NCBI RefSeq assembly: GCF_001194135.2
Contig: NC_068998.1
Location: 40,218,088-40,282,087 of the forward strand
Origin: Octopus bimaculoides
Taxonomy: Eukaryota
Length of the DNA stretch: 64,000 nt
Direction of reading: 5' to 3'
Both the position numbers and the translations under genes were made by a program. The notes beneath the pieces are model-generated. The model was not told the origin of the DNA. It saw nothing but the letters and a program-made list of their open reading frames with translations, and searched no databases. Each line of letters opens with the position of its first letter. The stretch's first letter is position 1. Below are positions 1 to 14,064 of the stretch, piece by piece.

Positions 1-177
1 TTCACATTGTTTTAAATTATTCCTTACATTATTGCACAGCTTTGAGATATAGTTTGATATAGTTGTTTACCTTTAGAATGATATTGTTGGGTAGATGTGA
101 GAAGCCAGATTTGGCCAGTTTGAATGTAAAACAGGTAGAATATTTGGGAATATTTGGGCCAGTTATGAACTAAAGGG
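1..177. mobile_element. Right part of a TTAA-specific (piggyBac-type) MITE, cut by the window start
   Basis: Ends in ...TAAAGGG|TTAA (171-181), the same terminal signature as the complete TTAA MITE at 49338-49559; the internal sequence differs, so a second family. Confidence 0.55.
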
Positions 178-1019
178 TTAATGCTAATGAACTTTTCTCT
201 TTTCATTGTGAGTATAATTTTAATTAATTAAACTTTTTTTTTTTTTTTTGCTCACTAAATTAAGTATGTCAGCTTCCTCTTAACAAAGTATGTTAGCTTC
301 CTCTAGATTAAGTATGTCAGCTTCCTCTTCTACATGCTGAATGCATTTCTGGGAAAATTTAATGATTGGAACATGACAGTTGATACTCTGTACTCGATTA
401 GTGTTTAAAACTAATAAAACTGCTGATGTTTGTTTGTTTTTCGGCTCCCTGATCTATGATTAAAAGCATTGCAGCCATGACAGTCCCATCTTTTTTATGC
501 AAAGTGTTCCCTGCTTTGCATTAACCAATATGTCATTTTTTTTTTAATCATTTTTTTGTGGGTGGAGGGTTGTATGTTTTTTTCCCTGTCAGATTTTGAT
601 CTGAGATAGATTTAGATGTTATTTTTAATAGTTCATGAGACCATAAAAAGGTTCTTCAATAGCTTGGGACTAATGAAGTTGTTGTTTAGCCCCAGTTAAG
701 CTCTGCTTGAATAACTTTTTGATCAAAGATATTTCAGCCCTGTTGTATTTTTTTTATTTTTTTATTTTTTTTACTGAGTGTGAGGGATAATGGTTTTAAA
801 ATGGTGTTCTGTGGTAAACATGTCTGAATGTCTGTGAGTGATTGAACATGCAGTAACAGGGGACTGTGTGGGTGGGTTGGAACTTATTGCAGTAAAAAAC
901 TGTATTCTTCATATGTACCGATGGTTTTTCATTTTGAGTATTTGAGTTTTGTTGAGTTGACAGTGGGCTGTGATTATGTGAAGTGTATTTTTTGTGCATC
1001 ATCCTAGGTATAACTTTAA

Positions 1020-1620
1020 ACCGCATACAGTAGAGGTGTAGTGGAGCCCTGGCTCAGGAGTTACAGGGTTTTATGGTATGTGGGGCCACCTCTTAGCCAC
1101 TGTTGTTCCCACATTTACTCTGATACAAAATAATAGCACCTGTTAAGGTCTTAGCTATGGGTTAATTAGCATGTTATAGAAGAAATTCCAAGCAAAATCC
1201 ATCACTGCCTTGTGAGACAAAAATGTTACAGAATTCAAGCTCGATAGCAAATCAAGGAGTGGGAGCCCCCAGGCATTCCAATATCCTCTTTGACACCCTT
1301 CCAGAAACTCTAGGGTGAGTGGAGCTCTCCAGCCCTGTAAGGCAATTCATCTGGGAGATGACCACTCCAATGTAAAACCTAAAGCTTGCTAGTCACCTCA
1401 GCTGTCTTAGACTACTCAGCCTGTGTGGTCAGATCTTCAAGTCTATAGAGTGTGATGAGATTGCGTGGATTGGTGACACTCATTTTGAAACTACTATATG
1501 CAGGTAAGAAGAAAAGCCCTGTAGCAATAGAGAAAAGACAAAAATACTGGAACTGGATGGTACTGGCAGTTTCTGCCTTGACTCCACATCTCGGCTCTTC
1601 TTCATAATCTTTGAATTTTA
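1020..1620 (+). mobile_element. Possible 5' region remnant of an RTE-type LINE
   Basis: Higher-GC unique stretch ending in a degenerate peptide (KLLYAGKKK...) loosely like the start of an APE endonuclease; weak, from recalled family motifs only. Confidence 0.25.
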
Positions 1621-1697
1621 CTATGGTTTGTTGTGGAGAGATTAGATGACCCAGGCTAGACTAACATTTATCTATGATAGATATAATGTACTGTTTT

Positions 1698-1755
<58 letters not shown>

Positions 1756-2451
1756 CTGATCAAACATTGTGTCTGTGAATATTCTTGGAGCATTTTATTT
1801 ACTGTGTTTTTTGTGTAATATGAATATTACGGAGATGTGTGTGCGTGTGTGGTAAGTACATTTGTGTTATTCTGTGTGATGGTTGTTTGTATTGGATAAT
1901 TTTTGGTGTTACTTATGTAGAACGGAGACGGTGGGTTTGGTAGGTGCTACTTTTTAGTCTGTTTGGTGCCAGGTTTCTATATGGTTGCTATAGAGTTTAA
2001 ATTGTGCAGCTGTGTCTTGGGAAATGCTGTTATTATTAGTACCATTATTATTATAATTAACTTTGTCACTATCACCATCATTATCATCATCATCATCATT
2101 ATCATCCCACAACCATTACCACCTGCTGTTACCATCACTATCACCACAACCCTCACAACCACCACCTGTAACATCATTGTTATCCTTATGAAAAGAAGAA
2201 ATGAAAAAGAAGTAAATAAACAGAGAAAAATAACTTTTTTTAATGAAGTTTCTCAATGTTTTTCAGAATTGATACTCTACAATTTCTTACACAGAACCTA
2301 TCAATTCATTGGTCATCTTTGAAACAGTTTTGCTGTGCTGGTGGTTGCAGCCATGGTTGTGCTAGTATTGGTGTAGTAGTAATTGTAAGAGCTGTGTTGT
2401 AGTGATTGTATTGGTGGTTTTACTGATTATTATTATTATTCTGCTACCAGA

Positions 2452-2672
2452 AGGCAATGAACTTGCTGAGTCATTACTGCACCCGACAAAATGCTGAGTG
2501 GCTTTTCTTATGGCTCTTTACATTCTCAGTTCAAATGCTGCCAAACTTGACCTTGCCTTTTACCCTTTCAGGGCCAGTAAACTAAGTACAAGTTGAGCAC
2601 TGGGTCAATGTAATCGACTTCTCCCTCCTCTCAAAATTGCTGACCTTTTACCAAAATTAGAAAGAATTATTA
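2452..2672 (+). mobile_element. tRNA-derived SINE family A (ATT tail), old copy
   Basis: A-box-like head, B-box CAGTTCAAATGC, central GACCTTGCCTTTTACCCTTTCAGGG...AAGTAC block, ATT tail; recurs more than 12 times in the window. Confidence 0.8.
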
Positions 2673-3174
2673 CTATGGTAGCTGTTATTGTTGTTCGGTG
2701 GTTGTACTTGCATTGGTGGATCTAATTGAGATTTTAGATGCGGTGTTATTTTTGATGTCCTGTTGATGCAATATTTATGTCAGTTGTGGTGTCCTATTAA
2801 CATGTGATGTGATAATTGTGACTATGTCTGCGTGTATCTAAATAAACACATACAAACACAACACACTAGCTACCTAAACACACAGAAACACCATGTATCT
2901 ATGCATCAATCTACTCATATCCATCATCTACTTCTACACACACATATATACCATCTATCTCTGCATAAATATACAGCAGCTACCTACAAATATACATATA
3001 TACATTTGACTATGTGAACAGGACACTCTAGTTTTCTTTTGATGTCCATTAATACCAATTTGTTCACACATCTAGCAAAGTGTTGCACCTACTTTAATCA
3101 TGAACAATACGCAAAATCCTTAAAAATAGTAACTTCTGACCTCTCATAGTGACCTCGACATATACAACGCTGTC

Positions 3175-3625
3175 ATAATAATGATAATAATCCTTTCTGC
3201 TAAATGCACAAGGCCTGAAATTTGGTGGGAGGGGACTAGTCAATTACATAGACTCCAATACTCAACTGGTACTTATTTAAGTGATCCTGAAAGGTTGAAA
3301 GGCAAAGTCAACCTTGGTGGAATTTGAACTCAGAAGAAATAGCCCTAAGCATTTTGTCTGGCACTGTAAAAATTCTGCTGGCTTGCTAATAATGATAATG
3401 ATAATAATAATCCTTTCTACTATTGGCATAAGCCCTGAAATTTGGAGGAGGGGGATAGTCGGTTACATTGACTCCAGTACTTGACTGGTACTTATTTTAC
3501 TGACCCCAAAAGGATGAAAGGCAAAGTCAACCTCAGTAGAATTTGAACTCAGAGTGTAGCGAGAGAAAACATGTTGCTAAGCATTTTGCCTGGCATGCTA
3601 ACGGTTCTGCCAGTTCACTGCTAAT
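3175..3625 (-). mobile_element. Two head-to-tail SINE family A copies
   Basis: Two successive copies of AAAGGCAAAGTCAACCT...GAATTTGAACTCAGA, each preceded on + by (AAT)n. Confidence 0.85.
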
Positions 3626-4335
3626 GATAATTATAATAATGTGGTGAGGGGGGGGGGCTAGTAGAAGATACTTGTCTAGGGTGCTATGTTGTGAGACTGA
3701 ACCCCTGAACCTGGGCCCACATGGTTGGGAGGCAAACCTCTTACCACACAGCCACACCTGTGCCTTCACAGCCACACCTGTATCATCACAGCCATGCCAA
3801 TATGTGTATGAAGAAATTAAAATAAAAAAATATGAAAGAATAAGAGTGGAAAGGGAGAAACCTTAGGAAACTTTGCAACAAATCCAATAACAATGCTGGA
3901 ATGCGATGAGAGAGTTGCATGTGAGAGAGAGAGAGAGAGGGGGGGAACTATGTTTCATGGTTCTTTGTGGGCTGGTGAGGAGGAATTTGTAAATATAAGA
4001 CATGTTTAAATGAAGCCTTATAGGAGAATGGGGGCGGCAATTGTGGCAACAATGGTGTTTAGTTATGATGATGATTGTTGTGATGTTGATGTTCTACACA
4101 TTTCTGTTATTGTTATTCATGCATTGCTAATTCCTTTGCATATAAATTAAAGATCCATAATAGTACTGGCAAGCAATAATATGTAAATACACGTGTGTGT
4201 GTTTGTGTATGAATGCATGCATGTTTATGTACTTGTATGTGCGTGTGTATTTATGTTTGTATATATATTTATTCATATATGTGTCTGTGTGCCTATATGT
4301 ATATATATATATATGTTTGAGTATATGTATGCTTA

Positions 4336-4366
<31 letters not shown>

Positions 4367-5394
4367 CATTATTTTCTGTTCCACCCATTTCCTAAATGTT
4401 AATTATATACATTCCACCTGTACACATTCTCTGTGATTGTTTTCAGATGTTTCATTAATGGAAAAATAACCTTGTTTCATGTTGTTTCTTCCCCTTTTAC
4501 TTTTGTCTTTTCACCCACTGACATTGACTGTTTTGATTAATTAAAACATCTTGGATGTTTTCTGCCAAAGTAATTCTCTTCAAAACTATACTGGAAGGTT
4601 TCATGTTCAAACAGTTTTCTTCAAATTTCATTAGTTTTCCATGGATGTTGTCAGAAATTTCAGCTTTGTTTGTAACCTCTAGGATATACCATCCATTACA
4701 AAGGAGTCTCTATGTAGTTGCTCAGTCTTTTAGAAATCACAGCTAAATCTCCCTCAATTTACACCCTATTGTCTTGAAATGAAATATGGTTGGGAAAAAG
4801 ACATTGGATAATATATTTCTTGACACCCCTAAAAATACAGCTTTTTTCCCATTTGCTGAGTCTGGAGGAGGAGGAGGCAGTGCCCATGGCCTCTGTAGGC
4901 TTGCTGAAACCAGTGAGTTTGATTCTCATAATGTTTCATTTAAACTGGTTCCAGGTCAGCAAATGCAGGAAAGACATCAGTATGGAAAAGATTGTGGAGA
5001 ATTGATATTCTAGGAAGAAAGTAATTATTGCAGGACTAGGGGATAAGGGGCAGGGATGCGATGAGGGTGACAAGAGGTGGGGAGATGAGTGGGCTAGAGG
5101 TATGTGAGTTGAAAGAGTTTTAAAGTAAGCCAGCTCCAAAGAACGAAGGTCATTAGAGTAGCAATAGGAAAGACAGAGAAGGGACAGTATGCTTATGGGG
5201 CTGGAACATTTTGATTAATGACTTAATACTTATTGGCTCTTCTGAATGTGGTCTCTATCGACAGGCTGCAATGTCATTGTTCATAGGTCTGATTTGAGAA
5301 TAAATAATGATAATAATAATAACAACTGGAACTTTCTTTAAAGATTTGCAAAGGAAATGGACTATGTTCTACTGAAGATTTTTTTTTTTTTGTA

Positions 5395-5770
5395 CAGACA
5401 TGACTGTGTGGTTAAGAAGCTGACTTTGCAACCAGATGATTTTGAGTTCAGTCCCATTGTCTTTTACAAAGGTCCTGGGATGACCAATATCTTGTGAGTG
5501 ATTTTATTAGACAGAAACTGAAAGGAGCCCATCGTGTGTGTATGTGTGTGTGTGTGTGTGTGTGTGCACACATGTGTGCATGCACATGTCTGTGTCCTCC
5601 ACCATCACTTGACAACCAGTGTTGGTTTGTATATGTTCCCATAACTTAGCAGTTCATTTAAACAGAATGGTAGAATGAGTACCAGCTTAAAAATAAGTAG
5701 TGGGGTCCCTTTGTTCAACATAGCTGCAGTTTAATGACTAAAACAAATAAACTGTAAAAGGTAAAAGATT
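5395..5770 (+). mobile_element. SINE family B (tRNA-like head, CORE-like block, internal (GT)n, CR1-like tail), degraded
   Basis: Colinear with the near full-length copy at 45071-45484. Confidence 0.75.
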
Positions 5771-6203
5771 TATACAATCAACAGTGTCTTCTGAGAGATT
5801 CCAACATGTTAGTTTTTAAAAATTATTTGCGCACTTCGATACAGAGTTGAGACTTCACAATACAGTATAAATTCCAAATACTCTGAACTTTGTTAAACTC
5901 TGTGTGAGTTACTCTATGTGATCACTCGATCTGATAGAAAAAGCAGCCAATTCCCTATTGGATAACATCCTGCTGTCTTTGAAAAAGAAGGACACATTGG
6001 ATCATATTGTCAACTAAGCCAAACCCAAAAGAGTTGGAATGGTCACAGCTGGAATGCCTTTGATCAGAAGTCTACTTCATGAGACCTGACGTAGGCTTCA
6101 TTGAGGCCTAAAAATATTTTGTTTGATTATTGATTTTATAAGTTAAACAAGAGCTTAATTAAAATGTTAGGAAGGTTATTCTAATAATAATAATATTAAT
6201 ATT

Positions 6204-6242
<39 letters not shown>

Positions 6243-7335
6243 TCTTTCTATTATAGGCACAAGGCCTGAAGGCTTTGGTGGTTTGGGACTAGTTAATTAC
6301 ATTGACTGTAGTGCTTCACTGGTACTTAATTTATTAATTCCGAAAAATAAAAGGCAAAGTCTACCTCAAAAGAATTTGAACTCAGAAGAAATGTTGCTAA
6401 GTATTTGTCTGATGTGCTAACAATTCTGCCAGCTTGCCACCAAATAATGATAGTAATGATAATGGTTTCNNNNNNNNNNGTGCTAACAATTCTGCCAGCT
6501 TGCCACCAAATAATGATAGTAATGATAATGGTTTCAAATTTTGCCACAAGGGCAGCCATTTTGGGGGAGAGGATAAGTCAATTACATTGACCCCAGTGTT
6601 TAACTGGTACTTAATTTATTGACCCTGAAATGTTGAAAGACAAAGCTGACCTCGGCTGAATTTGAACTCAGAACATAGCTGCAGACGAAATACCACTAAG
6701 CATTTTACCTGGCATGCTAACAATTCTGCCAGCTCACTACCTAATAATAATTATGGTTTCAAATTTTGGCATAAGGCCAGGAATTTTGGGGGAGAGTGCT
6801 AGTCAATTACATCGACCCCATTGTTTAACTGGTACTTAATTTATTGTNNNNNNNNNNNNNNNNNNNNNNNNNNNNNNNNNNNNNNNNNNNNNNNNNNNNN
6901 NNNNNNNNNNNNNNNNNNNNNNNNNNNNNNNNNNNNNNNNNNNNNNNNNNNNNNNNNNNNNNNNNNNNNNNNNNNNNNNNNNNNNNNNNNNNNNNNNNNN
7001 NNNNNNNNNNNNNNNNNNNNNNNNNNNNGTGTTTAACTGGTACTTAATTTATTGACCCTGAAATGTTGAAAGACAAAGCTGACCTCGGCTGAATTTGAAC
7101 TCAGAACATAGCTGCAGACGAAATACCACTAAGCATTTTACCTGGCATGCTAACAATTCTGCCAGCTCACTACCTAATAATAATTATGGTTTCAAATTTT
7201 GGCATAAGGCCAGGAATTTTGGGGGAGAGTGCTAGTCAATTACATCGACCCCATTGTTTAACTGGTACTTAATTTATTGTCCCCTGAAAGGATTAAAGGC
7301 AAAGTCAACCTCTTTGGAATTTGAACCCAGAATAA
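6243..7335 (-). mobile_element. Cluster of at least 3 tandem SINE family A copies spanning two gaps
   Basis: Repeated family A core separated by (AAT)n tails; 6596-6847 is exactly repeated at 7029-7280 across a gap. Confidence 0.85.
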
Positions 7336-8148
7336 TAATGACCTCACAGCTACTGTGTTGATCGAATGGAAAAAGCACTGGATTACCAATTCACAGTTTA
7401 TGTGTTCAACCTTATTACAAGCATTACACTGTACTGAGTATTTGGTGCAACATTATGTTAGAGCATCTTACTGCAATGGCTACTTGGTCTTCTAAAACAT
7501 ATATTAGATCTCTTGGAATACATGCTAAGTCATCTGAAACTGGTAGTAGATGATCAGACAATTTTACCAACAAGACATGGATTTATCTCAGGGATTAAAA
7601 AAAACCTTGTCTTTACATCACTCTACATCTGAAATGGTTATTGGTATAGTTCTTAAAGTCCTTAATATAGATGGCTAAAACTGGGTTTGTAAAACTAATT
7701 TTGAGGTTACTGTATATGGAAATACCAGTTCTGAGCAATTGACATACTGACAGCTGTAATTGGATAGGGCTTTTTTCATAAAAAGCTATTAAATTCAGAT
7801 TTAACAACATTTTATAGCAACTGAGATCATGTAATATAAATTTGTAATTATGTGTGTATCTGCATGCAGAGTATATATCTAATAATGTGAAAACATATAT
7901 ATGTATCTGATGGCGTGTGTGTGTGTGGGTATTCATGTTCATTTAAAGTTGGTTATTTATTCTGTTAGTATTTTGGTTCTTGTTAGGTGCTTTTTCAGGT
8001 GACAAAAAGATTTATTTTTTATAACCTCAAAAATTCCACAGAGTAATAATGGATTGAATCATTTACCTTTATCAGCTTTCAAATGAAATTATAAACTGTA
8101 ATTTTATTTATATATATATATATATATTCACCCTCTTGTATATCTAAA

Positions 8149-8180
<32 letters not shown>

Positions 8181-8183
<3 letters not shown>

Positions 8184-8500
8184 GGCACATGATTTTTAAG
8201 GTATTCAGCTCACAACTGTAAGCTGATTAGTTCGATACCTGGTGGCGCATTGTTTCCTTGCGTAAGACATTTTATTTCATGTTGCTCCAGTCCACTTTGC
8301 TGGCAAAAATGAGTAGTTCCTGTATTTCAAAGGGCCAGCCTTGTCATATTCTGTGTGATACTGAATCTTTCTCAGAACTACATTAAGGGTATGTGTGTCT
8401 GTGGAGTGCTCACCCACTTGCATGTTAATTTCACGGGCAGGCTGTCCCATTGATTGGATTGACTGAAATTTTCATTGTCATAACTGATAGAGTGCCAGTT
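8181..8500 (+). mobile_element. tRNA-derived SINE family G
   Basis: Head with B-box AGTTCGATACC, central TTTCATGTTGCTCCAGTCCAC block, 3' AGAACTACATTAAGGGTATGTGTGTCTGTGGAGTGCTC; inverted partial copy at 10540-10748. Confidence 0.75.
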
Positions 8501-8604
8501 ATATTTGTGTGTATATATATATATAATGTATGTGTATATATATGTGTATCATCATCATTATTTAACATCCGCCTTCCATGTTGGAACATATATAAATATG
8601 TATA

Positions 8605-8635
<31 letters not shown>

Positions 8636-10539
8636 GCGAGTAAAAATAAATACAAAAAAGGTGGATTTTTTTGTATGATTGTGTATAGAGGAATATATTA
8701 TTTTGCTTAAAAGAGTTCCAACACTGTCTGTTTTTTATGTTTTATTTATATTCCTGCAGAACTAATGTGGGGTATAGAATATGGAATATACAATATATAA
8801 TATGATATACAATATACAATATAAAATAAAATAAAATAAAAATGGATGGCACCATGAAAGAAAGTATTGAATGTAGATGAAATATTGAGTGTTCAATATA
8901 AAGGATATATATATANNNNNNNNNNNNNNNNNNNNNNNNNNNNNNNNNNNNNNNNNNNNNNNNNNNNNNNNNNNNNNNNNNNNNNNNNNNNNNNNNNNNN
9001 NNNNNNNNNNNNNNNNNNNNNNNNNNNNNNNNNNNNNNNNNNNNNNNNNNNNNNNNNNNNNNNNNNNNNNNNNNNNNNNNNNNNNNNNNNNNNNNNNNNN
9101 NNNNNNNNNNNNNNNNNNNNNNNNNNNNNNNNNNGACTCCATTTATTTAAGCAATGTAAACATTACATCAAATATAAAATGCAGAGCAATCCTCAGCTGC
9201 ACAAAGATATAGAAATTTACTGAAATTTCATTTCAACAGAAGGACATATTTTTGTAACTACATTTAAACTCTCCAAGTAGAAAGGAAGAATACAAAAAAA
9301 CCATTTTGACTTAGCCAGACCATACAGGCTAGTAATTAATTCTAAGCAGATTTTTAACTGTCACTGATTTTATTTGTTTTTTTTGTTTCTGATTTATGGA
9401 TCATCTTATCTGACCTAGTGATTCAAAGCTTAAGAGGGCACTAGCATTTTCTTTATAGGGAAAGGGAAAGGGGTAAACAATATACATGGATGGTATGGTT
9501 ATAAAATTTCTTTGGGTTTAGTGACAAACTACTATAGGTGGGGGAGTCTCTACTAGTAGACCAGTTTATAATGGAGCAGGGGAAGTTTTAACATAAGGCA
9601 CCCAGGTCAAAAGTATATAAAATAAAGTTGCTATATTGTATACAGATACAGTAAATGTTTATTCATAGTTTTCATTAATCAGAATAATGTATCAGTATTG
9701 TTTTACATATGCTAAGTTTGAAAAACTTGAGATACAAATATTTGCTTAATTAATATGTGAATAAATAAAAGGTAATTATAAATTGATAATGAAATAAAAA
9801 ATAAAAAGAAATAGTTTATAGTAATGTAACTAATCAATCAATGCAGTATGCAAAAACCATGAAGTGGTATTAATTTAGAACGCTCTGGTAAAGTACATTT
9901 AGACTTATTTACACCAATATAGGGAAGCATAGATAAGATGTAAAATTAAAATTTTTTTATATATATTGGACTAAAAATTTTTTTAATTAAACTTATATAT
10001 CTAATATCATTTAAAGGACACACAAGAGAAAAAATTTATTCATTTAAATTAAGTAAGATACACACTAAACTAACAGCAATAACTGTAAATCCTATATATA
10101 TATATATATATATGCACACATTCATCATCATCATATGTATATATATAATATATATATATAGTATTAACACAACCACATATATACATGTTAGTGTGTGTAC
10201 ATGTACATACGGGCAGATTCTGTGTATGTATTTATATTTATGTGTCCAGATAAAAAATAGCACAGCTCAGAGGAACACTTTCTATAAGATATCCTGTAAA
10301 TTTCCACTCACAATAATATCTATCAATTCCGTTATCTAAAATCTTGAAGCCCCTTANNNNNNNNNNNNNNNNNNNNNNNNNNNNNNNNNNNNNNNNNNNN
10401 NNNNNNNNNNNNNNNNNNNNNNNNNNNNNNNNNNNNNNNNNNNNNNNNNNNNNNNNGGTCTCTTTATCCTTTTCTCTCTTTATACATACACACACTAATA
10501 CACGACTTATGTTATATTCACCACTCATGTGTATACCCA

Positions 10540-10748
10540 TAACATAGTTCTCGGGGAGATTCAGCGGGACACAGAAAGTGATGAGGCTGGCCCTTTGAAT
10601 TACAGGTTACAACTCACTTTTGCCAGTTAAGTGGACTGGTGCAACATGAAATAAAGTGTCATTCTTGAGGACGTAACACACCACTAGGAATCAAACTCAT
10701 AACCCTATGATCATGAGCTAAATGCCCTAACCACTAAGCCACATGCAT
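10540..10748 (-). mobile_element. SINE family G partial copy
   Basis: Reverse complement matches 8181-8390 (AGGCTGGCCCTTTGAATTACAGG; GTGGACTGGTGCAACATGAAATAAAGTG). Confidence 0.7.
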
Positions 10749-10847
10749 TCACATCGAGCAGTTTAGGGAACTAATATTTAACATTCTACATGTGATTGTG
10801 TAATTCCTTCATGAGGAGCTTGTGTAATGGGTCTGTTAGCTTATATT

Positions 10848-11085
10848 TTATTTCTTTATTGCCCACAGGGAGCTAAACATAGAGGGGACAAACAAGGACA
10901 GACAAAGGGATTAAGATGAATACATCAACCCCAGTGTGTAACTGGTACTTATTGAATCGACCCCAAAAGCATGAAAGGCAAAGCTGACCTCAGCGGAATT
11001 TGAACTGAGAATGTAATGGCAGACAAAATACTGCTAAGCATTTCGCCTGGCGTGCTAATGTTTCTGCCAGCTCGCCACCTTATAT
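10848..11085 (-). mobile_element. Full-length SINE family A (alternative tail) with 14-bp TSD
   Basis: TGTTAGCTTATATT at 10834-10847 and 11086-11099; A/B-box head on the minus strand. Confidence 0.9.
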
Positions 11086-11354
11086 TGTTAGCTTATATTA
11101 TACAGATCCAGTGACTACATAAAAGCTTTCTGATTTCCAAGGAGTATTTGATAGAGTGCTGTATAAAAGAAGTAACTTTAGGTAAACAGAAGCTGTAATA
11201 GTAATTGTAGATGTGATATACATCTTATCCTTAGTAATAATGAAGGAGATAGAATGCTGTTTACAATTTTGATTTTACTTATCAGGTAGGTGATATTTTT
11301 AAGTTATAGAAAGCAAATAATACTTTTATTGTAGCCAATGAAGAAATCTCTGAG

Positions 11355-11557
11355 TGAGTACTTGACCTGCTGCAAATAATAGCCTGATTTCCCTTAAATC
11401 ACATCCCACCATTTGAAGAGGGACTATTACATACTGAATAATATAGTCCTAGATACACTACATCTGAATAAAAAAAAAGAAAGATAAATGGTCGTGGTTG
11501 GAAAGTCTTTGCTCATTTATGAATGACCTGTGTTAAACAACAACAACAACAACAACA
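11355..11557 (+). repeat. Interspersed repeat family D with (AAC)n tail (SINE-like, unclassified)
   Basis: Motif AATAGCAGCCAAATCTCCCTCAAATCACAC...GGATAATGTAGTCC...GGTCATGGCTGGAATGCCTTTGATCATAGG...GGCTAAACAACAAC recurs near 5905, 21790, 26870, 38580, 44040 and 51825. Confidence 0.7.
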
Positions 11558-11947
11558 CTTTTATTAAATTGAGGCAAAGTGTTGTCGAGTGGAAGGTAAA
11601 TATAATAGCTTATATCAAGGTAAGAAATCAATATGTGTGTATGTGTATGTGCTGATGTGTGTGTATTAGTGTGTGTGTGTGATTAAGGTAGTGGGAGTAC
11701 GTTATCCCAAAATCTATGTGTGAGAGGTAGAAATAAAATAACTTCATAACCAATGCTAACAAACGTGTTATGTTATGTCCACCCCACCCACCTCCCCAAC
11801 ACACCGACACACTGCCTACAGGTCCGCACTACCACCACCACCACCACCACCACAGATTACCGTATTGCTAAACCCTCCCTCCAGCAACCACTTTGGTTCA
11901 ACAATATGTGTGTGTGTGTGCGCACATATATATATATATATATATAC

Positions 11948-11988
<41 letters not shown>

Positions 11989-13104
11989 CCAAAAAAAATC
12001 AATTATACAAACACTGATGTCATTCAATAATATTTGTGTGGTCTGAAGTGCACTTAATCTGATTAGAACTGACCACACAAACAAGCAATGGTGTTGCAGT
12101 AAGGCTAGAAGGGAGAAAGTGCGAGGAAAGCAATCAAACAGACTCTGTTTCTCGTTGCATTATATATATGCACTGGTCTTACACAAGCAATCCTGTTAAG
12201 GATAGGTTGTAGTTTGTTGTTGTTTTTGCTATCAATTGTCAGAGGAATAGAAGTGAACCTCCTTGTCACTTCTGTTCCTCTTATATCTCATCTCACTTGA
12301 CCTGTTAGAAATAGTTGACAAATCTCCCTCAAATCACATCTTAATTGTTGTTGGGAGAACAATGAACACTTTGAATAATGGAATCCTGCAAATGACGGGT
12401 TAGGCTTGACTGGAATACCTTTGACCATAATTCTGTCTGCTCAATCAAAGCGGACCTGAGGCTAAACAACAACAACAACAACAACAGCAACAACAGCATC
12501 TCAATCACTGAGACATGCTGACTATATTTCTTATTCTTTATCATAATAAGAATTTTCCATATAAATATGAAGGGAAATGATATAGCTGATTGGAATGACC
12601 CACTTCCCTGTATATCCACACCACATACAAGGTATTTCTTTTATCAACCATGGAAAGATGAAAGACAAAGTTAATTAATCTTAGCAAGAATTTAACTTAG
12701 AACATTAAAGAACAGAATTACTTTAATTAATGGACACCATTAAATAATCCAGTACTCAGCCACCTTTTTTATGATTTATTTCTGGCTCTTTACATTTTTG
12801 AGTTCAAATACCAATGAGGTTGACTTTGCTTTTCATCCTTTTGGTGTTAATAAAATAAGTACAAGATGTGCACTGGAGTTGATGCATTCGACTTACCCCC
12901 TCCCCTCAGAATTACTAGCCTTGTGCTAAAAATTAGAAAGAATTATTTATTTACCATTATTCAGAATAGCACACTGACACAAATTTATTGAGAAAGTAGG
13001 ATTTAATTTAAGGTTGTGGCCCCTTGTATATCTTATTGATAATGAGTGATAACAGCAAAGTTGGCCACAAAAGATTTAATTTAAAACTAGAATATTCAAC
13101 ATCC

Positions 13105-13357
13105 TCGTCATCATTATCCTAGTCCACTTTTCCATGCTTGCATGGGTTGGATGGAGTATATTAAGACAGATTCTCTATGGCTGGAAGCCCTTCCTGTCTC
13201 CAATTTCGACTGGTTTCCAAACAACATATTATTTCCCCATGGTCAGACATAGTTCTGCAGAATATTGGAAACAAATGACATTCATTTACAACAGTCATGC
13301 AATATCAAGAAAAGGAGTTACAAACACTCATACACTTATGCACATATACATTCATCC

Positions 13358-13390
<33 letters not shown>

Positions 13391-13560
13391 TACAGCATGC
13401 ACTGTAAAATGGTTGGTATTAGGAAGGGCTTCCAGTCGTAGAAAGTAAGCGAAATCAGACTGGAACCTAGTGCACCTCTTCTGCTTGCCAGCTCTGGTCA
13501 AATTGTGTCCAACCTATGTCAGCATGGGAAACAGAGGTTAAAAGATGATAATGATGATAT
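13105..13560. mobile_element. Two old SINE-like family C copies in opposite orientation (about 13105-13310 minus; 13400-13560 plus)
   Basis: Both match the family C 3' part (TTAGGAAGGGC...CCAACCCATGC(T)AGCATGGAAA...GATGATGA). Confidence 0.65.
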
Positions 13561-13596
13561 ACATATACATACATATATTTATACATACATACATAA

Positions 13597-13637
<41 letters not shown>

Positions 13638-14064
13638 ATGGACTTCTTTCTTTTTTTGTCTACTAAATCTATTCACCAGAGTTTGGTTGACCTGGTGCTA
13701 TACCATGCCATACAGTGGGACTGAGTCCATTGTTTTTCAATAACTGGCTTCTATAAATCATTCAATTATAGTGCACCTGAGCACTGTATAAGCTCATTAT
13801 TAAATTATGTATTTAGACTGATAGCTCATTATTATGTTACATATTTAGTCAAGTACTTCATCATTTCTGCTAATACTCTTCCATCATCTTCTTTATTCTT
13901 TATTATAATAATAATTGTTTTTTAATTTTTTGTTGTTAGCCCCAAGCTTGCTCTACTCCTATAATCAAAAACATTCCAGTAATGACCAGCTTGTCTTTTA
14001 TTTAGATTGCATATCTACAACTAAATACACTTTATTTTTAGACTTTCCTTACTATTTCTTGCAG

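Noticed and set aside
6416-7280. Exact duplications flanking N gaps (6416-6469 = 6480-6534; 6596-6847 = 7029-7280)
   Set aside because: Perfect identity on both sides of a gap is typical of unmerged contig overlaps, not biology.
7440-7800. Possible CR1 RT scraps (TRHGFISG)
   Set aside because: Only short motif resemblance; not enough evidence.
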